Shown here: positions 29,124-42,122 of the stretch, in pieces
Layout: each line of letters starts with the position of its first letter
Numbering within the stretch: position 1 is the stretch's first letter
Assembly (NCBI RefSeq): GCF_009914755.1
Contig: NC_060944.1
DNA length: 64,000 nt
Source: the human T2T-CHM13v2.0 reference genome, Homo sapiens
Strand: one strand, 5' to 3'
Notes under the pieces: model-generated
The model's database searches: none
Told to the model about the DNA's origin: nothing
Seen by the model: only the letters and a program-made list of their open reading frames with translations
Made by a program: the position numbers and the translations under genes

Positions 29124-30076
29124 CATGTAAAATACATTTTCATTTAAAAAGTTAAATTGTAGTATATTCACTTTTAGTAATAAATTTTTTATAATATGTC
29201 ATTACCAGGCAGACAAAAAAAACTTCAGATATTTTCTTTCAAAGTGCCTTGAGTGCCTTCTGATAGAACTGCTAACGAGCAAAACTAGTACTAGTTAAAT
29301 AGCACTAATTTGATAATACTAATTATTGTGAATTGTTTGGATGACTTCTGATACATATATTTTACTTTGAAGGGGCTTTTTCTAGGAATATTGATATTTA
29401 ATACCTGTTATATCTTCTATTTGTAAATGATTATTAAGTTGGCTACTTGCTCTGCAGAGTATTAGGAATTTCAGTTTTTACTGGTTGGTGGTTGCATGTA
29501 GTTTTGCCAAACAGAATGCTTAATAAACATTTTAAGCTTGTTCTGCCTTGGCTGTATATTTTAGTTCATTTTTTGTAAATTTTCTCAAAATTAATTGTAG
29601 GCTAGCTTACCTATAATAGTCCTTAATTACCATTTTGGGGGGGAATTCTTTTGTATAGTAATTGTTCTCCCCCAACTAGAGTTTATGTGCCTTCTCTGTC
29701 CTTCTCTGTCCCTCACCTGAATAATATAATGCTGACCATCATGGAGTAAGCACTGAACTTATAAATCATTTGAATTGGTTTTTTGATCTGAAATTCACAG
29801 CTGATGAAAGCAGTTGAAAGTCGATGTTTTCTGTGAGTCATGATTTTTTTTTTCCCCAAGCTGGAGTTGAAATCTACTTGAATATCTCTCTCCTATGACA
29901 AAGGCAAAATTAAGTATCATGATAAATTTCAGGATTAGAATAAAATAATCACTTAATAGTGATGTGAATTTTCATGAACATTCGCAGCTTGAAGAATTAT
30001 TTTAGTATGCCATGTATTTATAGTTTAATAAAACATATGTTTCTCTATAGTTCAATTTATTTTGTGCTTGAAGGAA

Positions 30077-30373
30077 TTTTTTTTTTTTTTTTTTGAGAGG
30101 GAGTCTCGCTCTGTTGCCAGGCTGGAGTGAAGTGGCGTGATCTCGGCTCACTGCAACCTCTGCCTCTCGGGTTCAAGCCATTCTCCTACCTCAGCCTCCC
30201 AAGTAACTGAGATTACAGGCACATACCAGCACGTCCAACTAATTTTTGTATTTTTAGTAGAGACGGGGTTTCACCACGTTGGGCAGGATGGTCTAGATCT
30301 CTTGATCTTGTGATCCACTCACCTCGGCCTCCCAAAGTGGTGGGATTATAGGCGTGAGCCACCGTGCCCAGCC
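30077..30373 (-). mobile_element. AluS (AluSc-like)
   Basis: Antisense Alu; 'ctgttgccaggctgg', 'gatctcttga' diagnostics. Confidence 0.92.
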
Positions 30374-31998
30374 AGAAATTATTTTTAAAACTGTGGTTTT
30401 GTATTCCCAGGATAAAATGTGTATCTTTTGTACAGCTTCACAAATTAGTATGTCCCTTTACCTATAGCAGTGCATAAAAGGATATTTCTTTAAAGATCTA
30501 TTTGTATAACATTCTACAGTCCCCTCTTTATTGAAAGTACTAATAGCAATATTTCTAAAATTATTTAATTTTCCAGTGAATGCCAAAGAGTCCCAATTAT
30601 GGGAAAATGTGTTCCATTTTGGAAAATGCTACATGCAGTTCTCATTTTCACTCAGAAAAATAAAAGGCAATTTAATTACAAAGGACGCAATTTTATAGAT
30701 TGGAAAAATATAGAAATCCAGACTGCTTGCCAAGTGGAGTGAGACTGTGTGTAATAAAGTAGATTTTGAAAACTTATGCTCAAAACACAATCAAAAAGTC
30801 ACAGAGTGTGAGGGTATTATGGATGGCAAAGAGATATTTGGCAAATGTAAGCAGGGCAGGCAGTCCTTCATTTTTTTTTTTTTAACCTCTTTTTCTAAAT
30901 GCCCTCTGCTGAAGTGGGATAGTTATTTAGGGGTAAGGAAATGATGGTGGGAAAAAATGTGGGAGACATTTTTCTCTCCACGTGCCTGAAATCTTGACAT
31001 TGTTCTCTCGATCGATGGAAATAATCAAAAAGGAGAAGGCCATAGCCCTGGTTAATTAACCAGCTCACTATTTAAGAGCACAATTCTCCAAAACAGCCAT
31101 TTATTTCTATCTAATAAACATTAATCTCAAATAAATAAAAACATATTCTCTCTCTAATTCTATTGTAAGCACCTTAAGACAAAACCTGAGTCTTCTGTTT
31201 TGTCCTAACAATGGTGCAATGTGCCCTCTAGAGAAGACCCTTCCTAAGTGTGATTGGCTGGGATGGGCTTAGCTGTTCTACCTTTTTCTAAAGGTGGCAC
31301 TCCCACATACCTTATAAATGCAGGTCTAGTTTCATCATTCCATTAATCACATGCTGACATATCAGCTTCAATTATTTAAATCAAATATTTACAGTTAACA
31401 TTAGTTATATGAAGTCGGTCCTCAGAAATCACTGTATGGAACACACTTTTATAGTTGACATTGTTTAACAATGTCCTTCTAAATGTTGGCCAAGTAATTT
31501 GCCTGAAGAGCCCTTCTCTGCCTGAAGCCATAAGTACTTGAACAGACAGTTTTTTGGGGAGATCTTCCTAGTTAAAAATATTGAGCTAATATCTAAACTT
31601 ATAGATAACTTTGGGACATTTGATTTGAGTTAAGGTTAGAACAATGCTGCGTAATTCTGGCCACATATATAATTAATTTAAATTCTTCTAGATTAAAAAA
31701 AATGTTGCAGAATGCTACAGAGCTGCAAATGAAGACTAGTATCCTGTTAAAACCATTTGATCTTTAAACTGGCTTGCTTCATTTCATAATGGATCGAAGA
31801 CAATGGACACAAAGTATATAGGCAGTAAAATAATGATAAAATAAGTGTTGGTACTCTAAAATAGAAATAAATTAGAAAATTAAGAACAAGGAAAACAAAA
31901 CACAAATGCACACACATAGCAGCTAAGCTGGCTCATACCTCAGGGCCTTTGGACCTGTTGTTCCCTATTCTTGGACCCGTTGCTTCCTTAGATCTTTG

Positions 31999-32615
<617 letters not shown>

Positions 32616-33843
32616 TGCTAGCTTCTTCTTTCTTGTCATGTGTCTCTTTTGAGATATCACTCTTCCAGAGATGCTCTCCTTGACCACCTTGTCTGAACTA
32701 TCCTTATAGTCCCCTTGTGTCATCTCCTTTTGCTTTCTTTTCTTCAGATCATTTATCAAAATCAAGTTGTTTCTTGTTCACTTCCATGTGTAAGTATTGT
32801 TGTCTGTCTACCCCAATTCAAATAGAAACTCCAGGAGAGTTTGCTCACTGCTATATCCCCCAGTTGTGCATGTGGGTACCAGGTGACACTTTCTAAGTAG
32901 TTTAAAGTGAGTACATGTTCTTAGGAACTTGCTATGTGGCCTGAAGCTTTCTAGAACTCAAAATGAAGAGAGAGAAATTAGAAAGGCAGATGCTTACCAC
33001 TGCTCCCCAGGGAATAATAATTTGAAAACCAGCACTTAATTATAATAGACTTGTATTGCCAGGAACCCCATCCAGTGGGTACTGAGCTGGTACAGTGAGA
33101 AAACTGTCAAACAGAACTTTGTACAGGAGATACTCTTATTGTGGTCCAAATCTGGAGGGTTCTATTAGATGAAGTTCATCCAAACATAGAACTTAGATTA
33201 AGGGAGTAGATGTATACTCCACAGCCAATCCTTCACAAAACTCATTTGTCTCCATTGGGTTTTTTATAAGCTCTGGAAAACAAACAAACAAAAGAGATAT
33301 TTAATAAGTTATCTATTTTTTTCCAGAGTTTCCCTTGTTCTCGTGCTGATGATTAACTTTAACTCTTCAAATCAATTGTAAGCTGCCTAAAGGCAGAAAA
33401 GATAATGTATTTAAATATGTCTTCTTATTCTTAGGACAGAAGAAGGTCCCTATACATGGCAGATGTTCATTAAGGATCAGGGTTTAGTGATGTTAATGCT
33501 ATTATATAGGTTCATTAGTCATATAAAAGTTCATTATGTGCCAGGCACTTTCAAGGCAAGTTCTGAGAAACAACATTAATGACTGGGCACAGAATCTCAG
33601 ACTAGAGGACCTCATCTGGTGAACTTGGGCATGAATGAGCACAGCAAATTAGTGGCAGAGCCTAGGGCTTATTCTGCTAATAGGAGCAATTCTAATGTTG
33701 GCATGCACTCACACAGGGAAATGTGTGATATATGTTTCCATCACATAGGGAAAGCATTAAAAATCTACATGCTTGGACTTTACTCCTAAATCAGAGATTT
33801 GGGGTCTACAGAGGTGTTGAAACCCTCCCTCAATCTTGGAGGG

Positions 33844-34210
33844 TGTATTAGTCTGTTCTCACGCTGCTATAAACAACTGCCTGAGACTAGGTAATTTATA
33901 AAGGAAAGCAGTTTAATTGACTCACAGTTCCACAGGGCTGGAGAGGCCTCAGGAAACTTACAATCGTGGTGGAAGGGGAAGTAAACACATCCTTCTTCAC
34001 ATGATAACAGGAAGGAGAAGAATGAGTGGGGGGAAAAGCCCCTTATAAAACCATCAGACCTCAATGAACTTACTATCATGAGAACAGCAGCATGGTGGTA
34101 ACCGCCCCCATGATCCAGTTACCTCCACGGGGTCCCTCCCATGACACATGGGGATTATGGGAACTACAATCTAGATGAGATTTGGGTGGGGACATAGCCA
34201 AACCATATCA
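33844..34210 (-). mobile_element. THE1 (THE1B/C) MaLR solo LTR
   Basis: 'tgtattagtctgttctcacgctgct...gagatttgggtggggacatagccaaaccatatca'; perfect 5-bp TSD gaggg (33839-33843, 34211-34215). Confidence 0.93.
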
Positions 34211-34392
34211 GAGGGATACACTGAGATACAAGGGGATAAAGCAGATAAAAAGGCAAACTCTAGTCAATTGAATTTCTCATATATCTTTCATTCTAACCCG
34301 TTCAGATGTACTAATTTGTCACATGCCATGGTTACTTTTCCCTCTTTAGACTTTCAAGTTGGAAAAAGCTTTTTTCAGATTCAGAAAGATAA

Positions 34393-34765
<373 letters not shown>

Positions 34766-35799
34766 TCCAAAATATTTTCTTAAGGGTCACTGACAATCTT
34801 GCAAGGATGTAAATGACAAGCTGTATTTGTTTGTTGACATTATCTATCAAAGAGGCTTCTAAACACTTTTGTGTTTCTGATGTGAATAAAGGAAATACAA
34901 CATTGAATAATAATCCAGGCAGGTTGCAGGTGGCATAAGGCTTCAGAACTCCACCATAGAAATGAACGTGATTGGAAATGCAGCAATCAACATTTTGACA
35001 GAAAAGTGAATGTTTCAACTGCTTTATGTTCACAAATTGTTTCTATTTTCTTTTTGTATTACAAAATGTAAGCAGTGTGAGTTTGTGTGTATATGTGTGT
35101 GTCTATGTGTGTAAATTCAAAGGTTTATCCTGTAATAAGATAGAATCAGAGATAGACTCCTTGCTATTCTCAGGTTATTTTTTCCTTGTTCACATTTTTT
35201 TACACTTGAGTAAAATACTTCTGCAAGACATATTGGAATAGTTTTGTGACTAAATCCTAGAATTTGCAAAATAGTGAATCACAATATAATGTTTCCTTTG
35301 GATACTATTTTGGCCATACTTGGTTGGCTTTCTGGAAGTATGAAGTGGAGGTTTCCCAGTGACACCTGTAGCAGTGCTTCTCAGGGACATAGAAAGACAC
35401 CAAATTCTCTTATACTGGGATTCATCCAGGTGACCAGCATTTGCTTTGCAACAATCATCTGTGGTGATTGCTCAAGTGTAGAAGGGTTTTCAAGAACTCC
35501 ATCATGGAGTTTTGTAGTGGCAGATTAGCTGTCCTCTACTTCTCCTGGAGTGGCTGGGATTCTTCAACACCAAAAGAGGCATTGAGTCTTTCTTAATTGG
35601 CTTCAGTCAGAGAGGGTGGGGATATGTGAAACTTCTCAGTCTGATCTGTTCTTCAGCTCCTCAGAAAAGTTCTACAGCTACTCCAGATCTGTTTCGATAA
35701 AGGGGCGGTGGTGCAATGAAATTATTCATAACAGCCCACTTTAGAGGTCTGCCTGAAAAAGGTGGAGTATTTTTAATAGTAGATGTGTTGAGTGTCTTA

Positions 35800-36460
35800 T
35801 CCATATCCTTTTTACCGAGGCTGGTGCACCCAGCCCTTGAGATGCCGAGTACATTATGTTGCATTCCTCCCAGGGGTGGCACACAGGCAATGACTGACTC
35901 GTATGAGGGTGTAAACGTGCAGCTCCCTTGCCTCTAGGTGGGATGTGGGATCTATGCCAGCACTGTCCAGGATAAAGTCATTAAATCTAGAAAGTTTACA
36001 TGGATTCAATGAATTCCTCTATTCGAAGTCTTACTATGTTTAATAGCAAAACAAAATAGTTACATAATGCAGTTCAATACATTTTGATATGTTGTTATGA
36101 TGAAGAAACATGAAAATTCTAAAAATGCCCATTTGTTGATTACAGAGCAATTAAGTTTTAAATGATTCAAGTGAGTCTAGGAATGTAAATCTTAACCATT
36201 GCAGAAGTGAATTAAACATGTTTAGAGAAATCACAATTAGTCAAAAAAGGTAAGGTAGATTATTCTACCTTACCACAGGGCTCAACAGGGAACTCCACAG
36301 GGATCAAGCTCATCTAGATGCCAAATCTTTGCCAGCTCCTTCCTCTGCCCCATCCTACATCTCTCACTCCCTTACAGGTTTCCCCTAAATGCATTCCCTT
36401 AATAAATCATGGGACGATTATTTTCATCTCAGCCTCTGCTTCTGGGAAACCCAGCTAACA
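35800..36460 (+). mobile_element. LTR16-like ERVL LTR split by an inverted 317-bp insertion
   Basis: 'caatgactga...cagctcccttgcctctaggtgggat' before the insert; 'ctcccttacaggtttc...aataaatc...tctcagcctctgcttctgggaaaccc' after it; 5' boundary uncertain. Confidence 0.65.
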
Positions 36461-36864
36461 ATATCGAATATGGAAACATCAAACCCCTGAATATAACCAG
36501 GGCTGCCTCTTACTTAAAGACTCATGCGTGAAATGACCTGAAGTGCTTAGAATAATCTACCTTACCTTTTTTGACTAATTGAGATTTCTCTAAACATGTT
36601 TAATTCACTTCTGCAATGGTTAAGATTTACATTCCTAGACTCATTGGAATCATTTAAAACTTAATTGCTCTGTAATCAACAAATGGGCATTTTTAGAATT
36701 TTCATGTTTCTTCATCATAACATCATATCAAAGTGTATTGAACTGCATTAGGTAACTATTTTGTTTTGCTATTAAACATAGTAAGACTTCAAATAGAGGA
36801 ATTCATTGAATCCACTTAAATTTTCTAGATTTAATGACTTTATCCTGGACAGTGCTGGCATAGA
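35951..36864. repeat. Long inverted repeat: 317-bp arms (35951-36267, 36548-36864), 280-bp spacer
   Basis: Manual reverse-complement alignment: no indels, 10 substitutions (~97% identity). Confidence 0.97.
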
Positions 36865-38419
36865 GATAAACATTTAATTGATAGCTTATTTTATGAAAAA
36901 TATAACATGGCAAAGGTTTACAGTTCTGTTTAATCTCAGCAGTGGCATGTTAAGAAGACAAACGGAGATTAGGAAACATTTTTTCTAAATAAAATACCTC
37001 ATTTTATGTGGTACTGATAAGCAGTATTTACAACATGAAATAAATTATTCCTCGTATACTTATTGAATACCTTAAAAGTATGTGCTAGGAGCTGGGAACC
37101 CAGAGTAAAATATAGGTCTTGTTCCTAAGAGGATACGTCTATTATGGGGAGATGAAAGGGGGGTTAGGGGCAAGCACAGACTTGTAAATAATCTATGAGT
37201 AAACGTCTATACACCAGATTTGCCTAGAGGATGGTGTATTTGCGTGGCAGGATATTGGGTACAGCTTTAGCAGTGAAAAGAGCAAAGTGCAAAGAGAACC
37301 TAGAAGAATGCACCACTGGGAGCTGACTATTATTATTTTCATTAAAGGTGAGTATTGCATAACTAAAATATTTCAGCTCAATGACCTAGTTAAATAAATC
37401 GTTGTAATAAATAAAAATGTCTTCCTGTCTTTATGTAACTGCTCATTTTGTGAAAAGCATAACTTGGCTGCACACCTTTTTTCCGCCTTCTTCTGATAAA
37501 TTCTTGGAGTCCAAAAGGTATCTTTCATTTAGTAGATTTTTCAAAATGTTTATATTCATAGCAAGTTCTGGTTTGGGTCAAGCAGGTGGTAGAAATCATA
37601 ACTGCCTCCAGAAATCAGGAGGGCCCACGCAGTACAGGACTTGGCAGGCCCTGGTGGCCTAAGGTCAGCCAGAGTGCAGATGCAATGCAGCAACTATAGT
37701 ACCAGCATTATTCTAGAAAGTTCTTACTTCTTGGAAGTACTGACTTGTAAGTAAAAGAGCATTTTAACTTGATCATATTCACTCTGGAGTCTTCTACATC
37801 TGAATCTAAAGGGGAACTGTATTCTTCCTGCAAATTTGGGATTCTCTAAATAAAGTTCCAGGGCACCAGAGGTTCCACTGGGTTAGACCTTTGATTTATT
37901 TTAATGAAGAGCCCTTCTTCTTTGTTGATGTCTGACAGCACATTCACAGTGATCCAGTCATTTTGGGGGTAAGATAGAAGGAATCCAGGTAGAATACAAT
38001 ATAAAAATGTCTCAAACTAGGCAAGAGAAGAGTCTAGTCCTGTGGTAGGTCATATTTGTCAAAATATTTGCTACCCTCTTAGCTGTTCATCCTCACTGAG
38101 CCTCTCTCTTCAAAAGATTATCCTTCATATCCCAACACTGTGAGGCTTGAGCACGTGCTTTGCTTTGAACAATGAAATACAAGGGAAGCAATGTAATCCA
38201 TTTCTGAGCCAAAAAAATTAAGAGCCATTGAGTGATTCTGCCAGGCAGTCTCCTGGGTCATCTCCAGAATCTGGAGTGCAGAGCCACAGTGACCCATAAT
38301 GGACATTGTGTAAGCAAGAAATAAGTATTTGTTATTCATAAATTACCAGTGTTTTGGGCTTGTTACTGCAACATTGACCCATTGGTAGAAACAACTCAGC
38401 TTCTGGTTAATAGGGTATT

Positions 38420-39990
38420 ATTTTAAAATCCGCTATGAACATTCATGTATAGTAAGTCTTTGTGGATGGACACAGGCTTTCTATTTCTCATAGATAAATT
38501 TTGTAAGCAAATGGCAAACTGTTTACAAAGTGGTTCTATGATTTCACTGTCCCACTAGCAGTGTATGAGACTTTCAGTTGCTCCACTTTCTTACTAACAC
38601 TTTGTATGACAGCATCTTTTTAATTTTAGTCATTCTAATACATGGGTAGTGATATTGCAGTATGGTTTTAATTTGTATTTCCCTAATGACTAATGATGTG
38701 AAACACCTTTTCTAGTGCTTATTTGCCATCCCAGTTTCTTATTTGGTAAAGCGTCTGTTTATGCTGATTTTAGGAGAATAGTTTCTTTTCTTATTTTCAG
38801 ATTTTGAGAGTTGTTGGCTCATATATATAGGCATATATATATATATATGTACACATATCTATATGTACACATATATATGTGTACATATATATTAGCATAT
38901 ATGTGTGTGTGTTTTTCTTAATACAAATCCTTTCTTTAGATATATGATTTTTCAAATATTTTCTCCAAGTCTGTGGCATGTCTTTTCATTCTTATAACAC
39001 CGTCTTTCAAACAGCATAAATATTTTACTTTTATAAAATCTAGTTATCAATTTGTTCTTTTATGGATTTTGGTGTTTGTGTCATATATATATATAAATAT
39101 TTGCCTAACTCAAATATTTTATCCTCTTTTTTAATAATTTATTTTTTAGTTTAGGTTTTATGCTTAGGTCTTATAAAAAATATTGAGTCATTCCATCTAT
39201 GAGCATGGTATATCTCTTCATTTACTTAGTTTTTAAATTTCTTTCAGTATTGCTTTTTAGTTTTCAGTGTATAAATCTTTCATATTTCTTGCACTTAGGA
39301 AGGCATTCAGCTCCTTGATCTATGAGTTTAAATTTATTCTCACCAAATTTGAACGTTTTTCAGACATTACGTTCTCAAATATTTTTCTGCCTCTCCCCCT
39401 CTTTCAAGGACTCTAATGACTTTTACATTAGACCACTTTTCTGGGAACAAGTTCCAGACTGGAAAAGTGGTCTAATGTAAACGTTGTCTAATGTTCCACT
39501 GGGAACAAGTACTGTGTGTAGTGCTGACCATTGTTACCCCGAAATCTTGAAATCTTGTGGGTAGTCTTTCCTCAACCTTGGGAAGTCAGTACTCAAGTGA
39601 ATACTCACTGGGATCCTGTACAGATCTTCAGAGTTATTGCTCTCTGAAGCTGTTTTCCAATATTCTTTTCTGTGAACTCAAATTGCCTTAATCTTCCTGG
39701 ATTCTCAGCAATATCTCCTCAACTCAGAATCCCTGGGTTCTCCTTTCCTGTACCAAGGATTGCCAATTCTCACAAGACAATAAGTTGGGTTACGATAGGA
39801 CTCATCTCATTTGTTTACCTGCACCCCAAGGATCACTGTCCTTTGTTACCTGACATTCTGTGTCTTAAAAACGGTTGTTTTGTATGTTTTGGCTGTTTTT
39901 TGTTTGTTCTTTTTTTTGTTTTTTTGTTTTGGTTGTTGTTTCAGGTTGTTGAGGATAATTCTTATCCCTGTTAATCCATTTTGACAGTAA
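38420..39990 (-). mobile_element. Old L1M fragments, antisense, with embedded TA/CA low-complexity tract (~38820-38910)
   Basis: 'cccactagcagtgtatgaga', 'ccctaatgactaatgatgtg', 'caaatattttctccaagtctgtggc'. Confidence 0.7.
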
Positions 39991-40807
39991 GTAGAAATAA
40001 CAAAATTCACTTATAAATTAGTATATATATTCTTGGTTCAAGGAGTAATGGGCTAAAGTAATTTTCTCCAAATTGTGTTATTTGTCTTGGCCACATCATT
40101 AACTAGCAAACCTACTCAGTTTTAATAAATGGTTGCTTTGCCAACCATTTTTTTTTTTTCAACCAGCCCCTCTCTGTTTTAAAAAGAAAATTAAGCTACC
40201 CACTTTCTGTTTACTTACATAGAATTCCACTATTTAGGCTTTTGAAAATAGCCCTTCTGACTTGTAAATAACTTATTTGACTCTGTGTGTGAGTCACTCA
40301 CTTTTATGTAGCTTGCATTGTTAACTGCATCTTCCAAATTGAATTCTGGTAATGCTGATAAACTGTTCAAATAGGTCTTTTGTATGTTTGCATCAGAGAA
40401 AGTTTTATGGGTATGTTTGGTATAATTAAGTGCTTTTTCTCTGTGTGTGTGTGTTTGTGTGTGTGTGTTTTAAATAACATGGCATAATGCTAAATAATCC
40501 AAGCAGGAATAATTTGTTTTTATTAAGTCAGATTGCCTTCTGTACATATGTTGGGGAGTAATTTAGTAGGTTATAGTTTCAGTGTAATAAAAAATGGTGG
40601 GGTTGGGGCTGGTGGAAATGATGCCTTTCTTCTGTGCCTAAGTGATAATGTAAACATAAGTCAGGAACTAAGAGTATCTGTCTGGGAATATATAATAGGA
40701 TCAAACCTAAGCACAAATATTCCCAGAGGTAGATTTTTCTTATGCTGATTTAGTTATGAACTGGTAAATTTGTTTTCATGACTCAATTTCTACAAAGCAA
40801 ACTTTAT

Positions 40808-40843
<36 letters not shown>
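40808..40843. repeat. (TA)n(TG)n compound microsatellite
   Basis: Directly visible. Confidence 0.9.
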
Positions 40844-41583
40844 CATTTTTAATGTATGTTCATTTTTTTCTGTTGATTTTTTAAATTATGTTCATTACAT
40901 AAGTTCCTAACTGATAGCATTCTCATCGTAAACAGGTCAAACTGTTCAGATAAAATAAAATTCCCTTATATCACCTTCTTATCTCCAGCTGATTTCTTTC
41001 CCAGAAGGTAATCACTGAAATGAGCTTGGTGTGGGCACCTCTCAATGGGGACCCCAAGATCCCCTTCTGTAACATACCTGCCACTTTTGAGGTTTGAATA
41101 CTCATGGGCTGCTCTCCCCTTTTCAAATGCCTATCCCTGCACCATGATTTTCTGTTTTAGTCAGTCCTATATGTCATCTATCTTTCACTGATTTCTCTCA
41201 TTTCTGGTCATCAAGGGCACCCCTTTTTATTCTATCATTTGGCTGAAAAAGTGGCAAACATGAACACTGACTTAAAAAAAATACTCCAAAAATAATTTGA
41301 GTTTAGAGCAAAAGCAAATCTATCATTGGTTAAAATTTTTTGTGTAGGTTGTATAACAAATTTAATTTTCATGAATTTCTAAGGTTGTGATTTTACATCA
41401 TTTGATTTTAGCTAATAGTTTAATTTTATGGTAGGTTTCATTAGAGGAGATAAAAGGCTTTGGTTTGCTTCGTGTCTCTGGAAAATTTATTAAATCTCCA
41501 TAGTTTTCAGAACCTAGCAAATGGTAAGCTTGTTTCCATTCTAACTTTATGAGATGCTTTGTTTCTTGTAAAGTGAATTTTGA

Positions 41584-42122
41584 GAGTGCTGTGTGCTTTA
41601 GCATCACTGGAAGCTGAACCTCAGGTAGTAGCCCTTACCTTGGTGTATGAGAGTCTGCATGAGTGCTGTGTGCTATAGCATCACTGGAAGCTGAACCTCA
41701 GGTAGTAGCCCTTACCTTGGTGTACGAGAGTCTGCATGAGTGCTGTGTGCTATAGCATCACTGGAAGCCGAACCTCAGGTAGTAGCCCTTACCTTGGTGT
41801 ATGAGAGTCTGCATGAGTGCTGTGTGCTATAGCATCACTGGAAGCCGAACCTCAGGTAGTAGTCCTTACCTTGGTGTATGAGAGTCTGCATGAGTGCTGT
41901 GTGCTATAGCATCACTGGAAGCTGAACCTCAGGTAGTAGCCCTTACCTTGGTGTACGAGAGTCTGCATGAGTGCTGTGTGCTATAGCATCACTGGAAGCC
42001 GAACCTCAGGTAGTAGCCCTTACCTTGGTGTATGAGAGTCTGCATGAGTGCTGTGTGCTTTAGCATCATTGGAAGGTGAACCTCAGGTAGCAGTCCTTAC
42101 CTTGGTGTATGAGAGTCTGCAT
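41584..42122. repeat. Minisatellite/VNTR: 7 tandem copies of a 77-bp unit
   Basis: Unit gagtgctgtgtgctatagcatcactggaagctgaacctcaggtagtagcccttaccttggtgtatgagagtctgcat; starts at 41584, 41661, 41738, 41815, 41892, 41969, 42046. Confidence 0.98.

Noticed and set aside
35951-36864. Inverted repeat as the TIRs of a DNA transposon or MITE
   Set aside because: No TSD at the outer ends, and the spacer continues the LTR that starts outside the left arm, which a TIR-bounded insertion would not produce
41622-41650. let-7-like string (caggtagtag) as a miRNA gene
   Set aside because: Only ~9 nt match, the let-7 5' end and 3' half are absent, and no precursor hairpin is evident
41584-42122. Regular repeat array resembling CRISPR
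   Set aside because: Units are contiguous near-identical 77-mers with no unique spacers, no cas genes, and the DNA is human
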